22,725 nt of DNA from Patescibacteria group bacterium. Its GTDB lineage: Bacteria > Patescibacteriota > Minisyncoccia > UBA6257 > HR35. A program made the position numbers and the translations under genes. The DNA is taken from assembly GCA_023480925.1 (NCBI GenBank), contig JAMCWY010000020.1, forward strand, positions 1-22,725, written 5' to 3'. Positions 22,507-22,725 of the stretch are shown in pieces. The notes under the pieces were generated by a model. The model had not been told where the DNA came from, made no database searches, and saw only the letters and a program-made list of their open reading frames with translations. Position 1 is the stretch's first letter. The number at the start of each line of letters is the position of its first letter.

Positions 22507-22561
22507 GCGTGGCTTCACGGGGCTAAGGAAAAGTATTACACCTACCTTACCCATTTTATTT

Positions 22562-22725
22562 ATGAATAAAATTTATTTAAGAAAAATTAAATACATCGAT
22601 AAAAAATATTTTGCAAAATGGTGGAGAGATAAGGAACTGCTTAAATTAACAAGTGGTATTTTGAAACGTATTTCGGACCAAGAAGTTGATAAATATTTTC
22701 AAATTATTTTAAAAAGTAAAGACAG
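22562..22725 (+). CDS. 5' part of an AT-rich host-type gene, possibly a GNAT-family N-acetyltransferase (3' end outside the window)
   Basis: MNKIYLRKIKYIDKKYFAKWWRDKELLKLTSG... resembles the LRP..D...L..W.ND.EV.KY N-terminus of RimJ/RimL-like GNATs. Only 54 codons are visible. Confidence 0.35.
   Translation, partial: MNKIYLRKIKYIDKKYFAKWWRDKELLKLTSGILKRISDQEVDKYFQIILKSKD

Noticed and set aside
21300-22554. Further ORFs inside the island: 21300..21686(+), 21538..21720(-), 21998..22336(-), 22242..22448(-), 22300..22554(-)
   Set aside because: All overlap the rSAM/SPASM CDS or the peptide ORF in other frames. They are Arg/Ser/Ala-rich shadow ORFs typical of higher-GC DNA and have no RBS.

Overview
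This is an AT-rich bacterial window with short genes and short intergenic regions. The gene content looks like a small-genome Patescibacteria/CPR-type organism, though that placement is inference.

Most of it (about 3.6-20.6 kb) is ordinary chromosome:
- Envelope and stress genes: a DsbA-like oxidoreductase, a 3D-domain protein, tRNA-Tyr, LemA, HtpX and a P-type ATPase.
- Two tandem SIMPL/DUF541 proteins and an M50 protease.
- A GT2 / PIG-L deacetylase fusion beside a polytopic membrane protein.
- CTP synthase, a pilin-like LamG protein and a phospholipase C/acid phosphatase-family phosphoesterase.

Two regions stand out.

(1) About 20.66-22.56 kb is a clearly more G+C-rich island with different codon usage.
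- It carries an intact radical SAM/SPASM enzyme of 479 aa, with a roughly 115-aa PqqD/RRE-like N-terminal extension.
- Five nt downstream is a Shine-Dalgarno-led 34-aa ORF that is absent from the ORF track: MQKAQQKQPRPALKVKALPKLKALMTCRRPSNCH.
- Upstream is a near-consensus promoter, a 13-bp tandem repeat and a 23-bp palindrome.
- I read this as a minimal, probably horizontally acquired RiPP-type maturase/precursor cassette that I cannot assign to a named family.

(2) The first about 3.5 kb is a recombination-scarred mosaic.
- A 108-nt inverted duplication of a methyltransferase 3' region is fused to a decayed radical SAM fragment.
- A 109-nt perfect direct repeat carries a bidirectional terminator.
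- An ABC-F pseudogene has a stop inside its signature motif.
- Two paralogous proteins of about 65 aa flank a NodS-like methyltransferase.

I found no CRISPR array, rRNA, transposase or integrase.
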